Positions 52,869 through 60,685 of a stretch of DNA of 64,000 nucleotides are shown here, in pieces. Made by a program: the position numbers and the translations under genes. Numbering within the stretch: position 1 is the first letter of the stretch; each line of letters starts with the position of its first letter. This DNA comes from Candidatus Omnitrophota bacterium (GTDB lineage: Bacteria > Omnitrophota > Gorgyraeia > Zapsychrales > Fredricksoniimonadaceae), in assembly GCA_903944345.1 (NCBI GenBank), contig CAJARJ010000016.1, positions 89,852-153,851 on the forward strand, in the 5' to 3' direction. Below the pieces are notes generated by a model. That model was not told where the DNA came from. It searched no databases and saw only the letters and a list, made by a program, of their open reading frames with translations.

Positions 52869-53898
52869 ACAGATTCTTTCGGCGGTGCATATTGTGTATC
52901 GCCTGGTCAATTCGACCCCGAATCTCAAGGAGTTGTCTTTGCGCCTGACACGCCTTTTGTGTCAGTTTGTCCGGGCCAATTCCGCCAGTATTTATTTGCT
53001 GGGGCCGGATCGCAAAAAACTCTACATGATTGCGGTTTTCAATAATCAGATTAATTACATTCTGGTGAAAAAAAGTGACCTGGCCAAGGTTTCCGCGATT
53101 GAATTCGGGGTAGCCCAGGGAGCCTCCATCTTCGAGGACAGGTTGATGGGGCTTCCGCTGGTGACGGACGAATGTATCGGTGCGATTATTATCAGGCGCA
53201 AGAGTGCCGAACCGCCTTTTGATGATTATGACCGGGAAATGTTTTCCATTTTTGCTGAGCAATCGGTGACGGCTATTCGTAACTTGCAGTATTCCGAGCA
53301 GCAGCAGAAAATTATTCTGGAGACCATGCGTCTTATCCGGACCATGCTGGAGAAGCAGGGTGTCAATTACCGTGGACACAGTCCGGTATATTTCAAGATT
53401 GTTAAAAGTATTGCGGAAAAATTTCATATGGGAGCTGAGAGTATCAATAACTTGTATTATGCCAGTATTCTGCATAATGCGGGCGCGATTGATATTCCTT
53501 ACCAGATTTTGTCGAAGAAGAGCCAGTTGAGCAAGGAAGAGTTCAAGCTGATCAGGGATCTGCCGAAGAAAAGCGCGGAAATTATCAAGCCGGTGGAGTT
53601 CTTGCGGCCCATTCTTCCGGTTGTGCTTTATCTGCACGAGAAATACGACGGAACGGGCTATCCTTCCGGCCTCAAGAGCGATCAGATTCCTCTGGGGGCA
53701 AGGATCATGTCCATCGTTGAAACTTTTGAATCTATGGTGCAGGATCGGCCGTATCGCAAAAAGATGCCGCTGGAGAAAGCGTTAAAAGAAATTGAAATGA
53801 ATTCGGGCACGCAGTTTGATCCCAAAGTGGTGGATGTTTTTCTCAGGCTCTCCCGGACCAGAAATTTCAGAAATTACTTGAGAGTCATTACAAAATAA
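52828..53898 (+). CDS. GAF + degenerate HD-GYP domain protein
   Basis: HEKYDGTGYP, ARI, RPY, GTQFDP retained; HD replaced by HN. Confidence 0.85.
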   Translation: MNTKDSLSLTKKYKQILSAVHIVYRLVNSTPNLKELSLRLTRLLCQFVRANSASIYLLGPDRKKLYMIAVFNNQINYILVKKSDLAKVSAIEFGVAQGASIFEDRLMGLPLVTDECIGAIIIRRKSAEPPFDDYDREMFSIFAEQSVTAIRNLQYSEQQQKIILETMRLIRTMLEKQGVNYRGHSPVYFKIVKSIAEKFHMGAESINNLYYASILHNAGAIDIPYQILSKKSQLSKEEFKLIRDLPKKSAEIIKPVEFLRPILPVVLYLHEKYDGTGYPSGLKSDQIPLGARIMSIVETFESMVQDRPYRKKMPLEKALKEIEMNSGTQFDPKVVDVFLRLSRTRNFRNYLRVITK

Positions 53899-53907
53899 AC
53901 CTATAAT
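53878..53907 (+). promoter_or_regulatory. Sigma70 promoter 7 nt before ATG (possible leaderless mRNA)
   Basis: TTGAGA-18 nt-TATAAT-7 nt-ATG, no SD. Confidence 0.6.
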
Positions 53908-53914
53908 CATTTAT

Positions 53915-54526
53915 ATGAATATAAATTACAAAGAAGCCCAGTTTGAATTGTTTCCCAGTTCTTCCTCCTCTGTACAGGATCTTGAGCGGCCGCGGGCGCT
54001 TTCAGCCCAATTGACCGTGACCGGAGAAAATCTTGTCATTTTGGCAATTGCAGGTATAATGTGTCTTCTGCTTTCTTTTTCGATCGGAGTCGAGCGAGGC
54101 AAGCGGGTGTCGTTGCCGCGAACTGCAGAACCCAAAACAGTTCTCAGTGAACCGGCAGTGGTTACAGTTGTGCAAAAGCCGGTTGCGGACGAGACTGAGC
54201 CTGCGGAAGTGACGCGAAAGATTTCTGTTCCGTTGCCCAATGTGTCGACGCAGGCATTGAAAAAAGAGAAAGAAATTCCCCGGCAGATCCAGAAAGCTTT
54301 GCCAGTCGGGGCGTTTACTGTTCAGGTGGCCAGCTACAAGTCCGAGAAAGTTGCGGGCAAGGAAGCGGACAGTCTTAAGAAAAAGGGATATCGGGACGTT
54401 TATGTTGTTCCGAAAGGGGCGTATGTGATTGTTTGCGTCGGTAACTTCTCCTCAAAGTCCGATGCAAAAGCGTATACATCCAAATTAAAGAACCGTTATG
54501 TAGATACAGTAGTAAGGAGATTGTAA
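53915..54526 (+). CDS. Membrane-anchored SPOR-domain protein
   Basis: TM helix, low-complexity linker, FTVQVASY...VCVGNF. Confidence 0.85.
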   Translation: MNINYKEAQFELFPSSSSSVQDLERPRALSAQLTVTGENLVILAIAGIMCLLLSFSIGVERGKRVSLPRTAEPKTVLSEPAVVTVVQKPVADETEPAEVTRKISVPLPNVSTQALKKEKEIPRQIQKALPVGAFTVQVASYKSEKVAGKEADSLKKKGYRDVYVVPKGAYVIVCVGNFSSKSDAKAYTSKLKNRYVDTVVRRL

Positions 54527-54527
54527 A

Positions 54528-54773
54528 ATGTCGTTGCATTCATCACTCAAGGTTGACAAAGCCGGCGCTCCTGTCCGGACGATTCTGACGCGTGTCGAGC
54601 GCATCAAAGAACTCATGAAAAAGGGGCTCTGGACTGAAACCAGTACTGTAACCAATTTGCCTAAAACAAAGCTTGTTCGGGTTAAAGCCGGCAAGAAGAA
54701 GGCCAAAGAGGCCGATGCAGGCGCTGCTGGTAAGCCAGCTGCTGCCGGTGCCAAGCCTGCCGCAAAGAAATAA
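54528..54773 (+). CDS. PVC small basic protein (TIGR04137-like)
   Basis: MSLHSSL...R.ILTRVERI..L...G.W......LPK.K plus Lys/Ala tail; SD AAGGAG. Confidence 0.8.
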   Translation: MSLHSSLKVDKAGAPVRTILTRVERIKELMKKGLWTETSTVTNLPKTKLVRVKAGKKKAKEADAGAAGKPAAAGAKPAAKK

Positions 54774-54835
54774 CAGCGTTCCAGTTGGATTTTTCTGTTC
54801 TAAAGGGAAGTCCGGCTTTAATGACAAGGATAGAA

Positions 54836-55609
54836 ATGTCTCGTCTGCGTTTGCTGACATTTTCCGTGTTTCTTTTTATTTTAAGCATTGGCGAGCCTGT
54901 TTTTGCACAGGCTCGTTTTCCTTTTATGGGTCAAGTGGCCGGAGACAAGGTGTCTTTGCGCTCGGGTCCGAATGTAAATTTTGAAGTTATAACCCGGCTC
55001 GACAAAGGGGTACAGCTGGTTGTGTTGTCTTCGGAGTATGGTTGGAACAAGGTCAAGCTTCCTTCCGGTACCAGGGCCTATCTCAAGCGGGAATTTGCCA
55101 GGCAGCTCGGAGGGGGAGTCGCCGAGGTCACTGGAACCAAAGTTAATGTCCGCAGCGCGCCTTTGATCAATGCTACTGTGATTGGCAAGCTGGAGAAGGG
55201 GCGGCGTTTTTTTGTTGCTTCTACTAAAGAGGACTGGCTGGAGATTCTGCCCATGGACGATTTTTCGGGTTGGGTCAAGGCTGATCTGATTGCGGTGATG
55301 GAAGGGGTTGCAGTTCCCGAGCGCCTCTATCCCGATCCTCCGGCAGCCCAGGCTGGCCGTACTGAAAAAGCGCTTGTGGCCAAGAGTGAGAATGCGAAGA
55401 CTGAAGTTTATGGCACGCTCGATAAAAAAGATAACTTGTATTTTCTGGCAGATGCCTCCGGAGCCTCCGTTCTTCTGGAGGGGCCGGAAGCGGTTCTCAA
55501 GGGTTTTCTTGGAAAGAAAGTTGTTGTTTCCGGCACGGATGCCGCATTCACGGGTCAGGAAGGTTTCTCCCGTTCCATAAAAGTTCTCAAGATTCAGTTG
55601 ATTCTTTGA
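54836..55609 (+). CDS. Secreted tandem SH3b-domain protein
   Basis: Signal peptide (VFA-Q); VSLRSGP...W and VNVRSAP...W..GWV; start could be 54821. Confidence 0.78.
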   Translation: MSRLRLLTFSVFLFILSIGEPVFAQARFPFMGQVAGDKVSLRSGPNVNFEVITRLDKGVQLVVLSSEYGWNKVKLPSGTRAYLKREFARQLGGGVAEVTGTKVNVRSAPLINATVIGKLEKGRRFFVASTKEDWLEILPMDDFSGWVKADLIAVMEGVAVPERLYPDPPAAQAGRTEKALVAKSENAKTEVYGTLDKKDNLYFLADASGASVLLEGPEAVLKGFLGKKVVVSGTDAAFTGQEGFSRSIKVLKIQLIL

Positions 55610-56226
55610 TGACCGAGAATATTCTTGTTATTCTTTTTGTTGCGGTTCCTGCGATTATTCTTCATGAGTTTGCGCACGGCTGGGCAGCTTTATGCCTGGG
55701 CGATTCTACCGCGCGTTCTATGGGGCGCCTTACCCTTAATCCGCTCAAGCATATTGATCCGGTCGGGACAATACTGATTCCCGGATTGCTTTATGCTTCT
55801 TATGCCCTGGGCTGGACTCATTCGTTGCTTATGTTTGGCTGGGCTAAACCGGTTCCGGTGAATTTCTCTGCGTTGCGTTTTCCGCGCCGGGATATGATGC
55901 TGGTGGCTTTGGCCGGGCCGTTGGCCAATATCTTTCTGGCCCTGCTGATGGCCCAGATTCTGCGTCTGGGATGGATGCCCCGGTTCTCTATGTTTTTCTT
56001 TTATGGCGTTCTGCTGAATCTGGGATTGGCCATCTTCAATCTTTTGCCAATTCCTCCGCTGGACGGTTCCAGGATTGTCAGTGGTTGTCTGCCTCGCGCA
56101 TGGGCCAGGGCGTATTCCCGTCTGGAACCTTTTGGTTTTCTGATTCTTATTCTTTTACTGAATTTTGGCGGCCTTTCTTTTGTCAGTCGACTGGTCATGC
56201 TGGCTTTCAGAACCCTGGGGTTATAA
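55609..56226 (+). CDS. Site-2 protease (M50)
   Basis: HEFAH, AGPLAN, NLLPIPPLDG. Confidence 0.93.
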   Translation: MTENILVILFVAVPAIILHEFAHGWAALCLGDSTARSMGRLTLNPLKHIDPVGTILIPGLLYASYALGWTHSLLMFGWAKPVPVNFSALRFPRRDMMLVALAGPLANIFLALLMAQILRLGWMPRFSMFFFYGVLLNLGLAIFNLLPIPPLDGSRIVSGCLPRAWARAYSRLEPFGFLILILLLNFGGLSFVSRLVMLAFRTLGL

Positions 56227-56227
56227 T

Positions 56228-57346
56228 ATGAAAACCATTAATATCCCTTTACCGGCAAATGCCTATCCTGTTGTAGTTGGGCATGGTGCTCTGGCTGGCC
56301 TTGCGGATTTACTCGGGAAATATCGTCTGGGTACAGATGCGGTTATCATTTCCAATCCTAAAGTTTTTGGCCTGCATGGCCGGCAGTTGCAGGGAGTTTT
56401 GCGCAAGGCAGGGGTTACCGCAAAGGTATTGCTTGTGGCGGATTCCGAAAAAAGCAAGTCTATGGCAACGGCAGTCCGGTTGATTGATCAGGTGGTGCGT
56501 TACAGTGTTGGCCGGAAATGTTTTATTGTCGCCTTTGGTGGCGGCGTAACCGGAGACCTGGCCGGATTTGTTGCGGCTGTCACCAAGCGCGGCCTGCCTT
56601 TTATTCAGGTACCTACCACATTTCTGGCCCAGATAGATTCTTCCATCGGAGGCAAGGTGGCTGTCGATCTTCCTGCCGGCAAGAACCTGGTCGGGGCCTT
56701 TTATCATCCGCGTTTTGTTCTGGCGGACACTGCTTTTTTGGAAACCTTGTCCGGGCGGCAAATCAGAAATGGCCTCGCGGAGGCGGTCAAGTACGGGGTT
56801 ATTGCCGATGCCCGGCTGTTTTCTTTTATGGAAAAAGAATACAGGAGGCTGGTCGAGAACGACCTTTCCGTGATCACTCCGGTGGTGTCAGCCTGCGCGG
56901 CGATCAAGGCCAAGATTGTCGCGGCAGATGAAAAGGAAACCAGGGGGTTAAGGACAATTCTTAATTTCGGGCACACTATCGGGCATGCCATCGAAACGAC
57001 CGCGGGGTATACCTTGTATCAGCATGGAGAGGCGGTGGCGCTGGGGATGCGGGCTGCTGCCAGTATTTCCGTGCGGATGAAATTGCTGGATCCGATGGTT
57101 CACTTCAGGATTGAAACTCTTCTAACTGCATTTGGTTTGCCTGAGAATATAGAGGGATGTTCCTTGCCCGGCATCCTTTCGGCGATGCGTTTTGACAAGA
57201 AATTCTCCGGTAAAACAAACCGCTTTGTTCTGGCCCGGGATATCGGGGATGTCGTCCTTCAGGAAGGGGTGGATCTTGCTCTTATATCCGCCGTTGTTGG
57301 AAAAATGCTGATTCGCAGACGGTCTTCCCGCTTACTTTCTCACTGA
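56228..57346 (+). CDS. aroB: 3-dehydroquinate synthase
   Basis: GGGVTGD, DSSIGGK, LNFGHT, HGEAV. Confidence 0.96.
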   Translation: MKTINIPLPANAYPVVVGHGALAGLADLLGKYRLGTDAVIISNPKVFGLHGRQLQGVLRKAGVTAKVLLVADSEKSKSMATAVRLIDQVVRYSVGRKCFIVAFGGGVTGDLAGFVAAVTKRGLPFIQVPTTFLAQIDSSIGGKVAVDLPAGKNLVGAFYHPRFVLADTAFLETLSGRQIRNGLAEAVKYGVIADARLFSFMEKEYRRLVENDLSVITPVVSACAAIKAKIVAADEKETRGLRTILNFGHTIGHAIETTAGYTLYQHGEAVALGMRAAASISVRMKLLDPMVHFRIETLLTAFGLPENIEGCSLPGILSAMRFDKKFSGKTNRFVLARDIGDVVLQEGVDLALISAVVGKMLIRRRSSRLLSH

Positions 57347-57745
57347 TACCGAGAGATCCAGTTCTTTTTTCCCGTCTGATATTGTTACGGTTTGAGCATG
57401 AATTGTTGTGATGGTGCAGGTTCCTGCCGTCTGTCCTTCTTCGTAGATGTTCCCGTTTATCAGGGCGATTCTCCTGCCTTCTGTTTCCAGAATACCTTCA
57501 AGTTTGAGCTGAGTGCAGGCCAGTGTCTGGCCAGGCAGGACGGGGCGCACACTGTGGAGCCAGTTGGCTTTGTTGGTGTTTTTCCCCTGCAAAAGACAAG
57601 AGGGAATCAGTAAAGCAACCAGCATGCCTGCTAGGGCCAGCAAGAGTCTGGACGTGGCGGGAGAGGTCTTGAGCGGGGGTTGTGCCGGGCTTGTTGTAAT
57701 GGGGCTCTGCTGGACTTTTTTTAATGCTTCGTGGATGATGCTCAT
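57332..57745 (-). CDS. ExeB/GspB-like protein
   Basis: MSIIHEALKK N-terminus, TM helix, ALING..YEEG; coupled to exeA. Confidence 0.75.
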   Translation of the reverse strand: MSIIHEALKKVQQSPITTSPAQPPLKTSPATSRLLLALAGMLVALLIPSCLLQGKNTNKANWLHSVRPVLPGQTLACTQLKLEGILETEGRRIALINGNIYEEGQTAGTCTITTIHAQTVTISDGKKELDLSVSVRK

Positions 57746-58560
57746 GAGAAAACTTCCTCTCCCAGGGCTTCCCTGGTGCAGACACGGATCGTTTCTTCGT
57801 TAATCAGGAAAGTTTCCTGCACAAAACCTGCCAGCAGGGCGTGTTCGGCCAGAATGTTGATCAGTCTTGGTGTTCCGTTTGAGGCCGAATAAATATAATC
57901 GAGTGCTTGCGCCGTCAGTTGCAGTTGTGCCGGGCCACCGGCAATCCGGATGCGATGCTGTATGTATTCCCCGATCTCTTCCCGGGACAGCGGACGGACG
58001 TGATAGCGGACGCTGATGCGGGAATTGAGCTGGCGCAGGGAGGTCTTTTTCAGTTTTTCGAGCAACTCCGGCTGGCCGACCAGAATGATCTGCAAAAGCT
58101 TGTTTTTTTCTGTCTCCAGATTCGAGAGCAGACGGACTTGTTCGAGTTGCCGGGTGTCCAGATTCTGGGCTTCATCGATAATAACAACGACATTGTGCCC
58201 CCGGGATGTTTCTGCCAGCAGAAAATTGTTCAGAGCGTGCGTAAGATCAAGTTTGTTGCTGCTTTCGGTTCGCAGTCCAAGATCTTTGGCAATAAGCTGA
58301 AGCAGCTGAACCGGCGAGAAGCTGGGATTGAGGATAAAGGCTGTTTTGATATTGGTATCGATCTTGTTAAGCAGTATCCGGCATAGTGTAGTTTTGCCCG
58401 TGCCGACCTCACCGGTCAGACAGAGAATGCCTTTCCGGTTTCTGATGCCGTAGAGTAAGTGTGCGTAGGCTTCCTTGTGACTGGTGCTTTCGAAATAGAA
58501 AGCCGGATCGGCGGTGATATTGAAGGCGTTTTCTTTGAAACCGTAAAATTGTTTGTACAT
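57742..58560 (-). CDS. ExeA/GspA-family ATPase (ATPase domain only)
   Basis: MY..FYG, GEVGTGKT, DEAQ, LVGQPEL, G.PRLIN. Confidence 0.9.
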   Translation of the reverse strand: MYKQFYGFKENAFNITADPAFYFESTSHKEAYAHLLYGIRNRKGILCLTGEVGTGKTTLCRILLNKIDTNIKTAFILNPSFSPVQLLQLIAKDLGLRTESSNKLDLTHALNNFLLAETSRGHNVVVIIDEAQNLDTRQLEQVRLLSNLETEKNKLLQIILVGQPELLEKLKKTSLRQLNSRISVRYHVRPLSREEIGEYIQHRIRIAGGPAQLQLTAQALDYIYSASNGTPRLINILAEHALLAGFVQETFLINEETIRVCTREALGEEVFS

Positions 58561-58628
58561 GGTATTCGGGCTGTTTTCGAATTTCTGCTTTGGATAAAGG
58601 TATCGGGATCGGGAGTAAATCCGGATGG

Positions 58629-58637
58629 ATTATAGCA
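58629..58637 (-). promoter_or_regulatory. Extended -10 for exeAB
   Basis: Minus strand TGcTATAAT. Confidence 0.55.
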
Positions 58638-58685
58638 TGCGCACTCAGGGTTTTTGATAAAAATATTCCCCTTCGGGGGTGAGGA

Positions 58686-58694
58686 TGATATAAT
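58686..58694 (+). promoter_or_regulatory. Extended -10 six nt before PilZ ATG (possible leaderless mRNA)
   Basis: TGaTATAAT-tctttt-ATG. Confidence 0.6.
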
Positions 58695-58700
58695 TCTTTT

Positions 58701-59045
58701 ATGACCTTTGAACAGCCCGGAGCAGACAAACGCAAGTTTTCCCGTATTCCGTTTAAACGTGCGGTGAAATACAGGTTTGATATTAATCAGGAACCCAAAG
58801 CCGAGAGTTCGCAGGATCTCAGCCAGGGTGGCTTGCGCATCCGTTCCAACGAGTTTATTCCTGTCGGACAGATTCTTGAGGTGGGGGTTCAGCTGGTTGA
58901 TTCCGGCGAAGTGGTTAGTCTGCCAGCCCGTGTGAAATGGGTACGTTATAATCCTTATTCGGAGTCCTATCAGCTGGGACTGGAGTTTGAGCAAGGCGAG
59001 CTTTATCCGCTTTCGCGTATCAGCCGTTTTCTGAGCAATTCCTGA
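58701..59045 (+). CDS. Stand-alone PilZ-domain protein
   Basis: RKFSR (RxxxR), DLSQGG (DxSxxG), GLEF. Confidence 0.9.
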   Translation: MTFEQPGADKRKFSRIPFKRAVKYRFDINQEPKAESSQDLSQGGLRIRSNEFIPVGQILEVGVQLVDSGEVVSLPARVKWVRYNPYSESYQLGLEFEQGELYPLSRISRFLSNS

Positions 59046-59092
59046 GCATATCGGGGAGAGCTGATCCGGGTTTGTTTCTAACAGGAGATATT

Positions 59093-59470
59093 GTGAAGCA
59101 TCATTCGATTTCCGAGAAGCGTCAGCATCCTCGTCTTGACAACGGACTCTCGCTTAAAATATCGACATCCGAAGGCGATATAGTCACGGAAACCAGCAAT
59201 ATCAGCTGTTCCGGCCTTTATTGCCGGGTGGATCGTTATCTGGAACCGATGACCAAGCTGGGAATTCTGTTACTTTTCCCGGAACGCAAAGGGGATCGGT
59301 TATCCACCAGAAAGGTCGACTGTTCAGGTGTTGTGGTGCGTGTCGAGAATATTCTTGAGGGCGAAGGCTTCAGGATAGCGGTTTTCTTTAACGAGATCGC
59401 GCCTTCAGACCGTAAGTTTCTGACCGATTTTATTGAGCAGGCCATTGCCCGTAGCAACAACGGGCATTGA
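59093..59470 (+). CDS. Stand-alone PilZ-domain protein
   Basis: RQHPR, NISCSG; SD AGGAG before GTG 59093. Confidence 0.85.
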   Translation: MKHHSISEKRQHPRLDNGLSLKISTSEGDIVTETSNISCSGLYCRVDRYLEPMTKLGILLLFPERKGDRLSTRKVDCSGVVVRVENILEGEGFRIAVFFNEIAPSDRKFLTDFIEQAIARSNNGH

Positions 59471-59500
59471 GTTTTTGACAGTATTGCAAGGAGATTCGAT

Positions 59501-59665
59501 ATGCAGGAAATGGTAGCCAATATCAGTCCGTTACAGGCTTTGCTTGTGGTGGCCTTCCAGGTTTGGATCATTGCCGCGCCTATTGTTATTATTCGTAAAC
59601 TTGACCGGTTGAGTCGCCTTCTGGAAGAGCGCTCGAGTGGTCCCGACGAGGAAGAAACCCAGTAA
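59501..59665 (+). CDS. Small single-TM membrane protein (54 aa, not in ORF track)
   Basis: SD AAGGAG; MQEMVANISPLQALLVVAFQVWIIAAPIVIIRKLDRLSRLLEE...; fills the gap exactly. Confidence 0.7.
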   Translation: MQEMVANISPLQALLVVAFQVWIIAAPIVIIRKLDRLSRLLEERSSGPDEEETQ

Positions 59666-59666
59666 C

Positions 59667-60341
59667 ATGTCCAAGCGCGCAACGTCCGGCAAGCCGGTTA
59701 TCAATCTGTATGAAGACGATCATTACGCAGCCTTTTTCAAGCCGGCAGGCCTTCTGGCTGTGGCCGCAGACCGCGGGGGGGAGCATTCGTTGTGCGACGT
59801 GGTCAATTCGCAGTTCCGGGGCCGTCCGGATACGCCCCAGGGAATGAAATTGCATCCCTGCCATCGCATTGACCGCGATACTTCGGGGATCATGGTTTTC
59901 GCCAAGGGGCAGACCAGCCGGGACACCTTGATGGACATGTTCCGTAACAAGGCTGTCAAAAAAACCTATGTTGCTTTTGTTCATGGCCGCATCAAGCTGC
60001 GCCGTGGTGAGATCAGTTCGCCCATCCGTGAGGGGAACGAGCTTAAACCATCTTTAACCCGCTATGTCGTTCTGGAACAGCGTACCCGTTATGCGATAGT
60101 CGAGATTCATCCGGAAACCGGCCGCACCAACCAGATCCGTATTCATTTCAAGGAAATCGGGCATCCTCTGGTGGGTGAAAACAAGTTTGCATTTCGCAAG
60201 GATTTTGCGCTCAAGTTCAAGCGTACCGCCCTGCATGCTGCGGGACTTGAATTCGTGCATCCGGTGACCGGAGTCGAGGTCAAGATCACAGCCCAGCTTT
60301 CGACCGACATGAGAAATTTTCTTGAAAGGAATCGTCAATGA
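59667..60341 (+). CDS. RluA-family pseudouridine synthase
   Basis: KPAG, HRIDRDTSG, TGRTNQIR, ALHA. Confidence 0.92.
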   Translation: MSKRATSGKPVINLYEDDHYAAFFKPAGLLAVAADRGGEHSLCDVVNSQFRGRPDTPQGMKLHPCHRIDRDTSGIMVFAKGQTSRDTLMDMFRNKAVKKTYVAFVHGRIKLRRGEISSPIREGNELKPSLTRYVVLEQRTRYAIVEIHPETGRTNQIRIHFKEIGHPLVGENKFAFRKDFALKFKRTALHAAGLEFVHPVTGVEVKITAQLSTDMRNFLERNRQ

Positions 60342-60637
60342 GTTCTCCAGGCGTCAAGGAGTTATCCGAACTGTGTCATTCGATCGCGAAATCCAAGGGG
60401 TTCTGGGACAAGGAGCGCAATGTCGGAGAAGCCCTGATGCTGGTTGTGACCGAATTGGCCGAGGCCATGGAAGCGCACCGCAAGCAGGACGGCGCGAATT
60501 TTAATGAAGAGATTGCCGATACATTTATCCGTCTTTTTGATCTTTGCGGCGGCATGGGCATTGATATCGAAGCTGAAATATTAAAAAAATGCGAAAAAAA
60601 CAAGCAGCGCCCGTATAAGCACGGGAAGATTTGCTGA
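60338..60637 (+). CDS. MazG-like nucleotide pyrophosphohydrolase
   Basis: ELAEAME...EEIAD, KN..RPYKHGK. Confidence 0.8.
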   Translation: MSSPGVKELSELCHSIAKSKGFWDKERNVGEALMLVVTELAEAMEAHRKQDGANFNEEIADTFIRLFDLCGGMGIDIEAEILKKCEKNKQRPYKHGKIC

Positions 60638-60685
60638 AACCTTTTTATCTTCCTTTCCGGGTGCGAGTCTGCTCCCTTGCGCGCC

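Noticed and set aside
60638-60685. SOS box upstream of uvrB
   Set aside because: No recognisable LexA palindrome
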